Shown: positions 1 through 7,218 of the stretch, in pieces | How the letters are laid out: every line of letters begins with the position of its first letter | Position numbering within the stretch: position 1 is the stretch's first letter | Origin: an uncultured archaeon | Lineage (GTDB): Archaea > Hadarchaeota > Hadarchaeia > Hadarchaeales > WYZ-LMO6 | DNA: 11,240 nt | Direction of reading: 5' to 3' | Assembly: GCA_938074535.1 (NCBI GenBank) | Contig: CALJER010000012.1 | Location: forward strand, 1-11,240 | Notes under the pieces: generated by a model | The model's input: the letters and a program-made list of their open reading frames with translations, nothing else | Told to the model about the DNA's origin: nothing | Databases searched by the model: none | Translations under genes and position numbers: made by a program

Positions 1-461
1 CCCACCCAGAACTCCTGGAAGTGCACCCACCCCCTCGGCGTGAGGATCTCCGTGACCACCCTCGCGTCCGTCATGGGAAGGACCCTGGTCCTCACACCCA
101 GCCTCCCGCAGAGTTCGAGGGTGAACCTGGAAAGCTTCTTCCCCTTCCTGAGCTCCAGGGTCCTCAGGAGACAGGTGGCCCTGTCCCTGTCCCCCAGCTT
201 GAGGAGCTCCTTCACCCCCAGCCGCTCCAGGGCGCGGTGGGTCTCAAAGGTGTCCCCCCTTATCCCCCACCAGGTCTCCTCGTTGATGATGCCCGAAAGG
301 GTGTAGACCACGGCATCCAGATCTGGGGAAACGTGCAGGCCAGATACCTCTATGTCCTCCCCCGTGTTGACCACCACGCAGAGCTCCTCCTCCTTCACCT
401 CCCTCACCATCCCCTGCAGGAGCTTCGGGGTGCCCGTGCCCCCGGAGAGGAGGGTGATCAT
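1..461 (-). CDS. cofD: 2-phospho-L-lactate transferase (LPPG:FO transferase, F420 biosynthesis); 3' end runs off the window
   Basis: Not in the ORF track. Hand translation from ATG at 461-459 gives MITLLSGGTGTPKLLQGM...VVVNTGEDIEVSGLHVSPDLDAVVYTLSGIINEETWWGIRGDTF...LKLGDRDRAT...VLPMTD...HFQEFWV. This carries the CofD motifs SGGTGTPK, NTGED, SPDLD, LGDRDRA and HFQEFW. The frame is open to the window edge. Confidence 0.95.
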   Translation of the reverse strand, partial: MITLLSGGTGTPKLLQGMVREVKEEELCVVVNTGEDIEVSGLHVSPDLDAVVYTLSGIINEETWWGIRGDTFETHRALERLGVKELLKLGDRDRATCLLRTLELRKGKKLSRFTLELCGRLGVRTRVLPMTDARVVTEILTPRGWVHFQEFWV

Positions 462-534
462 CCTCCCAGCTACCCCTGTCCCCCTAAAAGGGTGGGTCTT
501 TTTTCCTTACCCCACCAGGTAGGCGGGGACCGGG

Positions 535-1158
535 ATGGGGATAAAGGCGGTGCTCTTCGACTTGGACGGGGTGCTGGTGGACTCCCTCGACGTCTGGTAC
601 ACGTCCACGAACGAGACCCTGAGCAAGTTCGGGAAGAAGAAAGTGGGAAAGGGGGAGTACCTCAGGAAGTACTGGGGTTTCAGCCTCTCCAGGAACTTCG
701 AGAGGCTGGGGCTGGGAAGGGAGGCCGTGGACTACTGCCTCTCCAGATACGAGCACCACCTGGGCGAGATCAGGCCCTTTCCCGAGACGGAGGAGGTGCT
801 GGCGGAGCTCAGGAGGAGGAGGTTCAGGCTGGCCCTCGTCACCAACACTCCCTCCGGGATGGTGCGCCGTCTCCTCTCCCAGCTGGACCTGGAGAGGTTC
901 TTCCACGTCGTCGTCACGGGAGACGACGTGAGGAAGGCCAAACCCCATCCGGAGGCCGTGAGGAAGGCCTGCCGCAGGCTCGGGGTTTCCCCCCAGGAGG
1001 CCGTGCTGGTGGGGGACACGAGAAGCGACGTGCTGGCGGGCAGGAGCGCCGGAGTGAGGGTGGTGGGGGTGGGGGTGGAGGGGGACCTGAGGATCGGGAA
1101 CCTGGGGGAGCTCCTCCCCCTCCTGGGGTCCTCAGGAGAAGAGATCCTTCTCCCTTGA
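535..1158 (+). CDS. HAD-superfamily phosphatase, C1-cap (Gph/PpaX-like)
   Basis: 207 aa with motif I FDLDGVLVDS, motif II VTN, motif III KAKPHP and motif IV VGDTRSD. Substrate cannot be determined from sequence. Confidence 0.9.
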   Translation: MGIKAVLFDLDGVLVDSLDVWYTSTNETLSKFGKKKVGKGEYLRKYWGFSLSRNFERLGLGREAVDYCLSRYEHHLGEIRPFPETEEVLAELRRRRFRLALVTNTPSGMVRRLLSQLDLERFFHVVVTGDDVRKAKPHPEAVRKACRRLGVSPQEAVLVGDTRSDVLAGRSAGVRVVGVGVEGDLRIGNLGELLPLLGSSGEEILLP

Positions 1159-1890
1159 CCTCACCAGTTCCCTGGCGCTCCCCCTTCCCTTTTCGTAGAC
1201 CGCCCCCCTCACCAGCACCACCGGGGTTCCCTCCCCGGCCTCACCCATCACCGAAACGGCGGCGGCCGCGATGGCATCGGCCTGGGCCAGCACCGTGGCT
1301 CTCAGCTCCTTCCCGTACAGGTCCTTCCTCCCCCTGAGGTCGAGAAGGGGTCTCATACCGGCCACCCCTATCGCCACTCCCAGACACCCCGTCCGGAAAG
1401 CCCTCCCCTGGGTATCGGAAATGATCACCGCCACCTCCACTCCAAGCTTCTCCCTGAGGGTCCTCCTGATCTTCTCGGCGCTCCCGTCCGGGTCCCTGGG
1501 CAGAAGGGTCACGCGATCCTTCTCCACGTTGGAGTGATCCACCCCCGCATTGGCGCACACGAAGCCGTGCTCCGTTCTGGTGATGAGCACATGGGAGGCC
1601 CTCAGGATCTCCCCGGCCTCCCTGAGAACCACTTCCACCTCCCTGGCATCCTTCCCCAAACGCGGGGCCAGCCTCTTCGCCACCTCCGAAGGCCTGATCT
1701 TCCTGAGGTCAACGACCGCACCCTCCGCCTTGGAAACGATGGACTGGGCAACCACGAGCACGTCCCCAGGCTGGAGGGAAAGGCCATGGGAGCGGAGGGC
1801 CCTCACCACCAGCTCACCCACGTCGTCTCCCCTCTTCACGAGCGGGAGACCGGGAAGGGGGATCACCTCCATCCTCGGGGGCCCGGACAT
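1132..1890 (-). CDS. cofE: Coenzyme F420-0:L-glutamate ligase (canonical CofE)
   Basis: Motifs GLPLVKRGDD, QSIVSKAEG, ANAGVDHSN, ISDTQGRAFR, DLRGRKDLYG and MGEAGEGTPVVLVRG; cofD is nearby. Alternative start is ATG at 1872. Confidence 0.93.
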   Translation of the reverse strand: MSGPPRMEVIPLPGLPLVKRGDDVGELVVRALRSHGLSLQPGDVLVVAQSIVSKAEGAVVDLRKIRPSEVAKRLAPRLGKDAREVEVVLREAGEILRASHVLITRTEHGFVCANAGVDHSNVEKDRVTLLPRDPDGSAEKIRRTLREKLGVEVAVIISDTQGRAFRTGCLGVAIGVAGMRPLLDLRGRKDLYGKELRATVLAQADAIAAAAVSVMGEAGEGTPVVLVRGAVYEKGRGSARELVRSREKDLFS

Positions 1891-1913
1891 CCCAGCTGTC
1901 TTCCAACCCCAGG

Positions 1914-1921
1914 ATTTTATA
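1914..1921 (-). promoter_or_regulatory. Putative TATA box of cofE
   Basis: Minus strand TATAAAAT ends 23 nt before ATG 1890. The + strand reads TTTTATA, so it may be usable in both directions. Confidence 0.5.
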
Positions 1922-1973
1922 CCTGGCCCACGAGCCTGACACCTTCATAAGGGGGGGAGGATTACCTTCCTCC

Positions 1974-2744
1974 GTGGAAGTGAGGCTCATAGGGGTCAAA
2001 ACGCCCCTGGTGAAACCAGGCGACCACCTTCCCTCCCTCCTTCTGAGGTCCCTCAGGAGGGCGGGAGGGGTGAGGAACGGCGACATCCTGATCCTCTCCT
2101 CCAAAGTGGTGGCCGTCTCCCAGGGGAGGATGGTGAAGCTCTCGGAGGTCAGGCCTGGATCCCGCGCCCTGCGCCTCTCAGAGAGAACCGGTCTGGATCC
2201 CTCCTTCGTGGAGGTGGTGCTCAGGGAGGCGGATTCGGTGCTCTCGGCCTCCAGGGGAGCCCTTCTCACGCTGGTGGAAGGCCTCCTCTGCGTCAACGCC
2301 GGGGCCGACCTTTCCAACGCCCCCCCTGGCTACGCCATCCTCCTGCCCTCCAACCCGCAGCGGTTCGCGGAGGAGCTGAGGGAATACCTCAGGAGGGAGG
2401 GGGGAGCGAAGGTGGGGGTGATCCTCTCCGACAGCACGGTTCGACCCCTCAGGCTGGGAACGGTGGGGCAGGCCGTTGGTATCTCTGGGGTGCCCGGGGC
2501 CCTCGACTGCCGGGGGACGCGCGACCTCTTCGGCAGGAAGCTGAGGGTGACGAGGAGGGCCCTCGCCGACCAGCTGGCCACGGCGGGAGAGCTCCTGATG
2601 GGGGAAGGTGGGGACAGGATCCCGCTGGTGGTGGTGAGGGGTCTCAGGATAAGGGGCAGGGGCGTGGACACGCCGGCGGTTGAACCCCGGGAATGCCTCT
2701 ACTCCCGCTTGTTGTTGAGGGGGAACCTCAGGAAACGGATTTGA
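1974..2744 (+). CDS. Second, divergent CofE-family gamma-glutamyl ligase (cofE-2/FolC2-like)
   Basis: GTG start, 256 aa. Motifs TPLVKPGD, SSKVVAVSQG, VNAGADLSN, LSDSTVRPLRLG, DLFGRKL and MGEGGDRIPLVVVRG. It has the CofE fold signature but DSxxxPLRxG in place of DTxGRxFR. Confidence 0.85.
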   Translation: MEVRLIGVKTPLVKPGDHLPSLLLRSLRRAGGVRNGDILILSSKVVAVSQGRMVKLSEVRPGSRALRLSERTGLDPSFVEVVLREADSVLSASRGALLTLVEGLLCVNAGADLSNAPPGYAILLPSNPQRFAEELREYLRREGGAKVGVILSDSTVRPLRLGTVGQAVGISGVPGALDCRGTRDLFGRKLRVTRRALADQLATAGELLMGEGGDRIPLVVVRGLRIRGRGVDTPAVEPRECLYSRLLLRGNLRKRI

Positions 2745-3504
2745 GGGGCTTCAGCTCCAGGCCCTTCCTTTCGGTATGTACCTCGAAGCAGACCTCCCCC
2801 AGCAGGGTGCCGAAGAGCTTCTCGCACACCATCAGTTCTTTTCCCCCTGGAGAAGGCTGCCTGCGGAAGCTTATGATCCCGTCGGCCTTGGAGAGGATGT
2901 TGGCCTCGAAGGAGGGGTCCAGGGTCCCGGGGACCAAAGGCGCCATGATGGTAAAGCCCCACCTCCTGCACGACTCGCTCAGCTCTTCCAGGAAGGCCAG
3001 GAACTCCACCTTCTCACTCTCCGAGAAGAAAAGGGCGAAGTCGTTGAGGGGGAAGAAGATCAGGATGGAGTTGGAAGCCTCCCTCTCCAGGAACTTCGAG
3101 AGATCGGTGAAGATCTTGGACTTGGCATCCCTCACCACCTTTCCGTCCGCCTGCTTGAGCCATCCGGCCAGGTCCACGAAGGACTCGGGGAGCTCCCAGA
3201 AGGAGCGGAAGAGGGCCTTGGAGGAGAAGGCCCTGCAGAAGTCCTCGGAGAACTTCCCCTCCACATCCCGCAGCACGCTCTCCTTGCTGGTGGTGAGGGT
3301 GAGGTACCAGATGCGCTCGGGGAGGAGCTGGTTCTCGCGCAGCCTGGAGCCGTTGAGCTTCGCCAGCTTCACGGAAAGGGTGTGGAGGAAGTCCTCCTTC
3401 CTGCTCCCGGGAGGCCCCAACAGCACGATGATGGAGCCCAGGGGAAAGCCCCCCTGACAGACCCTGTCCAAGGCCTCAAATCCCGTGGGAATTCTGAGAA
3501 TCAT
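2728..3504 (-). CDS. Single-domain KaiC/RAD55-like (RecA-fold) protein with degenerate Walker motifs
   Basis: N-terminus RIPTGFEALDRVCQGGFPLGSIIVLLGPPGSRKE and C-terminal ADGIISF...VCEKLFG...FEVHTERKGL are typical of archaeal KaiC-like proteins. Walker A reads GPPGSRKE and the Walker B position reads ILIFFPL. Confidence 0.85.
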   Translation of the reverse strand: MILRIPTGFEALDRVCQGGFPLGSIIVLLGPPGSRKEDFLHTLSVKLAKLNGSRLRENQLLPERIWYLTLTTSKESVLRDVEGKFSEDFCRAFSSKALFRSFWELPESFVDLAGWLKQADGKVVRDAKSKIFTDLSKFLEREASNSILIFFPLNDFALFFSESEKVEFLAFLEELSESCRRWGFTIMAPLVPGTLDPSFEANILSKADGIISFRRQPSPGGKELMVCEKLFGTLLGEVCFEVHTERKGLELKPLKSVS

Positions 3505-3531
3505 CCTCCTTCATTCTATAGCGCCCTTTCC

Positions 3532-3544
3532 TTTTAAATTATAA
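3532..3544 (-). promoter_or_regulatory. Putative TATA box of the KaiC-like gene
   Basis: Minus strand reads TTATAATTTAAAA, ending 27 nt before ATG 3504. Confidence 0.5.
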
Positions 3545-3599
3545 CCTGCTGTGTATGTTATATCCAATACTGAAATATATCTGGACAAGAAATAACTCC

Positions 3600-3613
3600 C
3601 GTAAAGGTTTATG
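3600..3613 (+). promoter_or_regulatory. Putative BRE-TATA promoter of the permease
   Basis: CGTAAAGG followed by TTTATG (3608-3613), ending 29 nt before ATG 3643, within an AT-rich spacer. Confidence 0.55.
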
Positions 3614-3642
3614 CGGGACCCTCCCACCTCTCCAGAGGTTCC

Positions 3643-4890
3643 ATGGAAACCCTCAAGTGGTTCACCCTTCTCGTCCTCCTCGGCTGCTACTCCCTGGTGA
3701 TCTCCCGCAGGCTCAAGATCTCCCTGGTCTCCCTCTCCTCCGCCCTCCTCCTCCTGCTGGCGGGGGCCCTGAGCCCCAGAGAGGCCCTGGACTCCATCAG
3801 GTGGAGCGTCCTGGGGCTCTACTGGGGCTTCCTCCTCCTCTCCATCCTCTTCTCCGAAAGCGGCGTGCCCTCCCTGCTGGCCCACCGCCTCCTGCGGACC
3901 TCGGGAAGCGAGGGCAGGGCTCTCCTCCTCCTCTGCGCTCTCACCGCCCTCCTCTCCTCCTTCCTGGAGAACGTGGGGGTGGTCCTCATGATGGCCCCCA
4001 TAGCCCTGGAGCTGGCGAGGAGGACCCGTTCCTCCCCCTTCCTTCCCCTGGCGTCGGTGGCCCTCTTCTCCAACATGGTGACCACCGTGAGCATGGTCGC
4101 CGATCCACCCTCCATCCTCCTGGCCTCGGAGACAGGCATGGACTTCACGGACTTCTACTGGTTCAGGGGAAGACCGGGTCTGGGCACCCTCTCCGTGATA
4201 GGAGTGGCCGCCGGCCTCCTCACCCACTACCTCCTCCACCTCAGGAAGAGGGAGGAACCCGTGAAGGTGGGGGAGGAGAGGAGGGAGGTGGACTACTTCC
4301 CCCTCTTCCTCTTCCTGGCAGGCATTCTCCTCCTCTGCCTGGACCCCTACCTGGGGATGGGCCCGGGCCTCATAGGGGTGGGAGTGGGGTGCGGCTCCCT
4401 CCTGCTCGGCTGGAGAAAAGCCGGCAGGGTCCTGAGGGAGTTCGACTGGGACTCCCTCCTCTTCCTGCTCGGCATTTTCGTGGTGATAGGAGCGGCCCAG
4501 AGCGTGGGGCTGCTGGGGAACCTGGCCGGCGCCCTCAGGGGCCTCGGGCTCGGCCCCGCCCCCACCCTCCTTCTGCTCACCTATCTCTCCATGGCCCTCT
4601 CCTCCTTCCTGGACAACGTCCCCCTCACCGTGCTGATGCTTCCCGTCTGCACGGACCTGGGGACCTCCCTGGGCATGAGCCCCCTGCCCCTGATGTACGG
4701 AGTGTTGATAGGGACGGGCATAGGGGGGAACATAACGCCGGTGGGGGCCGCCGCCAACGTCTTCGCCTGCAGGGTGCTGGAGAAGAGGGGATACAGGATA
4801 AAACTGGGGGAGTACCTCAAGCTCAGCCTTCCCCTCTCCCTGGTGCCCGTGACCCTCTCCTACCTCCTCCTGCAGCTGTTCTGGATGTAA
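3643..4890 (+). CDS. ArsB/NhaD (ion transporter superfamily, SLC13/P-protein-like) permease
   Basis: 415 aa, very hydrophobic. Has the duplicated hairpin motifs SSFLENV and SSFLDNVP, plus [21 protein letters not shown] and [12 protein letters not shown]. Substrate unknown. Confidence 0.88.
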   Translation: METLKWFTLLVLLGCYSLVISRRLKISLVSLSSALLLLLAGALSPREALDSIRWSVLGLYWGFLLLSILFSESGVPSLLAHRLLRTSGSEGRALLLLCALTALLSSFLENVGVVLMMAPIALELARRTRSSPFLPLASVALFSNMVTTVSMVADPPSILLASETGMDFTDFYWFRGRPGLGTLSVIGVAAGLLTHYLLHLRKREEPVKVGEERREVDYFPLFLFLAGILLLCLDPYLGMGPGLIGVGVGCGSLLLGWRKAGRVLREFDWDSLLFLLGIFVVIGAAQSVGLLGNLAGALRGLGLGPAPTLLLLTYLSMALSSFLDNVPLTVLMLPVCTDLGTSLGMSPLPLMYGVLIGTGIGGNITPVGAAANVFACRVLEKRGYRIKLGEYLKLSLPLSLVPVTLSYLLLQLFWM

Positions 4891-4892
4891 CC

Positions 4893-4907
4893 GGGAAATC
4901 GATTTAG
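4893..4907 (+). promoter_or_regulatory. Putative BRE/TATA-like promoter of rtcB
   Basis: GGGAAATCG followed by ATTTAG in the 40-nt spacer; TTTA ends 24 nt before ATG 4931. Weak match to consensus. Confidence 0.4.
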
Positions 4908-4930
4908 GGGGGTCCGGCAAAGAAGATAGG

Positions 4931-6379
4931 ATGACCGTGAAGCTCAGGAGGATAGACGAGGTCAGGTGGGAAATCCCGCGGGACTACAAGCCCCACATGA
5001 GCGTCCCGGCCCGCATCTACGCGGACGAGGAGATGATAGGGGAGATGGGGAAGGACCTCACGCTCGAGCAGGCGGCCAACGTCTCCTCCCTCCGCGGGAT
5101 TTACAAGTACAGCATCACCCTCCCGGACGGGCACCAGGGCTACGGGTTTCCCATCGGAGGCGTCGCCGCCACCGACGCCGAAACCGGCGTGATAAGTCCC
5201 GGGGGCGTGGGGTACGACGTGAACTGCGGGGTCAGGCTGATCAACACCGAGCTCCACAGATCGGAAGTGGAGCCTAAGCTCCAGGAGCTGGTGGAGACCC
5301 TCTTCAAAAATGTCCCCTCCGGCCTGGGCAGCACCGGGCACGTGAGGCTTACCCCCTCCGAGCTCGACCAGGTGCTGGAAAACGGTGCCCTGTGGGCGGT
5401 GGAAAACGGCTTCGGCTGGCGCGAGGACCTGGAGCGCCTGGAGGAGGGAGGACGCATGGAAGGCGCCGATCCCGGGAAGGTGAGCGCCGAGGCCAAGCGC
5501 CGGGGTTTTCCCCAGCTCGGCAGCCTGGGAAGCGGGAACCACTTCCTGGAGGTCCAGGTGGTGGACAAGATCTACGAGCCGGAGATAGCCAAGGTCTTCG
5601 GCGTGGAGGAGGAGGGACAGGTCACCGTGATGATCCACACCGGCTCCAGGGGGCTCGGGCACCAGGTCTGCTCCGACTACCTCAGGACGATGGAGAGGAC
5701 TTCCCACCGGTACCGCCTTTCCCTCCCGGACAGGGAGCTCGTGAACGTTCCCTTCACCTCTCCCGAAGGGCAGGCCTACTTCTCCGCCATGAAGGGGGCC
5801 GCCAACTTCGCCTGGGCCAACAGGCAGATGATCACCCACTGGGTGCGGCAGAGCTTCGAGCAGGTTTTCGGGAGAGGGGCTGAGGCGCTGGGGCTCCACA
5901 TCCTCTACGACGTGGCGCACAACATCGCCAAGCTGGAGGAGCACAGGGTGAACGGGGAGAAGAAGCAGGTGGTGGTGCACAGGAAGGGGGCCACCAGGGC
6001 CTTCGGTCCGGGGCATCCCCAGCTCCCCTCCCCCTACAGGCGGGTGGGCCAGCCTGTCCTCATCCCGGGGGACATGGGCACGGCCTCCTACCTGCTGGTG
6101 GGAACCGAAAGGGCCATGGAGGAGACCTTCGGCTCCACCGCCCACGGGGCGGGAAGGCACCTCTCCAGGACGGCGGCCCTCAAGCAGTTCAGGGGGGAGG
6201 AGATCAGGAGAAGGCTGGGTGAGAAGGGGATCTACGTGAGGGCCGCCAAGCTCTCCGTGATAGCCGAGGAGGCCCCCGAAGCCTACAAGAAGGTGGACAG
6301 GGTAGTGGAGATCACGCACCGGGCGGGCCTCTCCCTGAAGGTTGCCAGGCTGGTCCCGCTGGGCGTGGCCAAGGGCTGA
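4931..6379 (+). CDS. rtcB: RtcB tRNA-splicing / RNA 3'-phosphate ligase, archaeal type, no intein
   Basis: 482 aa with [60 protein letters not shown] and STAHGAGR (guanylylated His motif). The catalytic motifs I checked are intact. Confidence 0.97.
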   Translation: MTVKLRRIDEVRWEIPRDYKPHMSVPARIYADEEMIGEMGKDLTLEQAANVSSLRGIYKYSITLPDGHQGYGFPIGGVAATDAETGVISPGGVGYDVNCGVRLINTELHRSEVEPKLQELVETLFKNVPSGLGSTGHVRLTPSELDQVLENGALWAVENGFGWREDLERLEEGGRMEGADPGKVSAEAKRRGFPQLGSLGSGNHFLEVQVVDKIYEPEIAKVFGVEEEGQVTVMIHTGSRGLGHQVCSDYLRTMERTSHRYRLSLPDRELVNVPFTSPEGQAYFSAMKGAANFAWANRQMITHWVRQSFEQVFGRGAEALGLHILYDVAHNIAKLEEHRVNGEKKQVVVHRKGATRAFGPGHPQLPSPYRRVGQPVLIPGDMGTASYLLVGTERAMEETFGSTAHGAGRHLSRTAALKQFRGEEIRRRLGEKGIYVRAAKLSVIAEEAPEAYKKVDRVVEITHRAGLSLKVARLVPLGVAKG

Positions 6380-6381
6380 GG

Positions 6382-7218
6382 ATGAGTCCCCTCTCCGTCC
6401 TGCTTCCCTCCTCCCTGGTCTCCGACAGCAGGAGCCAGCTGGAGAAGACCTTCAAGCTGGGGACGGTGGCACGCGCCCTGGCCCTCTTCAGGGTGGAGGA
6501 GGTGATGATCTACCGGGACCTGGACCCGCACGTGAAGGATCACCGGAAGGAAGCCGAGTTCATCAGCACGGTGCTCAGGTATGCGGAGACCCCCCAGTAC
6601 CTCAGGAGGCTCCTCTTCCCCAAGCAGGAAGCCCTCAGGTACGCGGGACTCCTCCCCCCCCTCCGCACCCCCCACCATCCCCTCAAAGGGGAGAAGGACC
6701 GGCCGGGGGCCTTCAGGGAAGCCGTGGTGGTGAGGGCGGAAAGGGGGGAGAGCCTGCTGGAGCTCGGCCTGGCGGAGAAGGGGGTTACGAAGAGGAGGCT
6801 GGAGGAGGGAAGCAGGGTGACCGTGAAGCTGGTGGAGAGGGAGGGAAACCTGTGGAGGGTGGAGGTGGTGCCCAGGGAGAGCACCGGGGAGTACTGGGGG
6901 TACCGCGTGCTGGAGAGGGGGAGCCTGGCAGAGGCCCTCAGGCGGTATGAGGCTTACTTTAAAATAGGAACGTCGAGATACGGTAAAAAACTGGAGGAGC
7001 TGAGAAGGAGCTTGAGGGAGATGAAACCGGAGAACCTCGCGGTGGCCTTCGGTGGCCCCTACGGTGGTCTGCTCTCCGTGTGCGGGAGGGAGGGCAGGAG
7101 AGCGGAGGAGCTCTTCCACCTGATGGTGAACACCCTTCCCGGGCAGGGAACGGCGACGGTGAGGACGGAGGAGGCCCTGGTGGCCACGCTGGCCCTTCTG
7201 CGCGCGGAGGTGGGGTGA
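6382..7218 (+). CDS. SPOUT-class putative RNA methyltransferase (MTH1/COG2106/DUF171; SPOUT1 homolog)
   Basis: Motifs ARALALFRVEEV, YAETPQYLRR, YAGLLPPLRTPHH, YWGY, IGTSRYG, FGGPYGGL and NTLPGQGTATVRTEEA. It sits directly upstream of rpl3, the known archaeal position for this family. Confidence 0.93.
   Translation: MSPLSVLLPSSLVSDSRSQLEKTFKLGTVARALALFRVEEVMIYRDLDPHVKDHRKEAEFISTVLRYAETPQYLRRLLFPKQEALRYAGLLPPLRTPHHPLKGEKDRPGAFREAVVVRAERGESLLELGLAEKGVTKRRLEEGSRVTVKLVEREGNLWRVEVVPRESTGEYWGYRVLERGSLAEALRRYEAYFKIGTSRYGKKLEELRRSLREMKPENLAVAFGGPYGGLLSVCGREGRRAEELFHLMVNTLPGQGTATVRTEEALVATLALLRAEVG

Noticed and set aside
21-1337. 438-aa + strand ORF and the 40..306 ORF
   Set aside because: Pro/Gly/Arg-rich shadow frames, antisense to cofD and out of frame with the HAD gene; no recognisable motifs.
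3643-4890. CTC/CTCCTC microsatellite-like runs
   Set aside because: These are Leu/Ser codons of transmembrane helices, not a repeat element.
4931-6379. Possible intein in RtcB, or a bacterial Rtc stress/defence system
   Set aside because: Length is a normal 482 aa with contiguous motifs; no rtcA, rtcR or nuclease/toxin genes are in the window.
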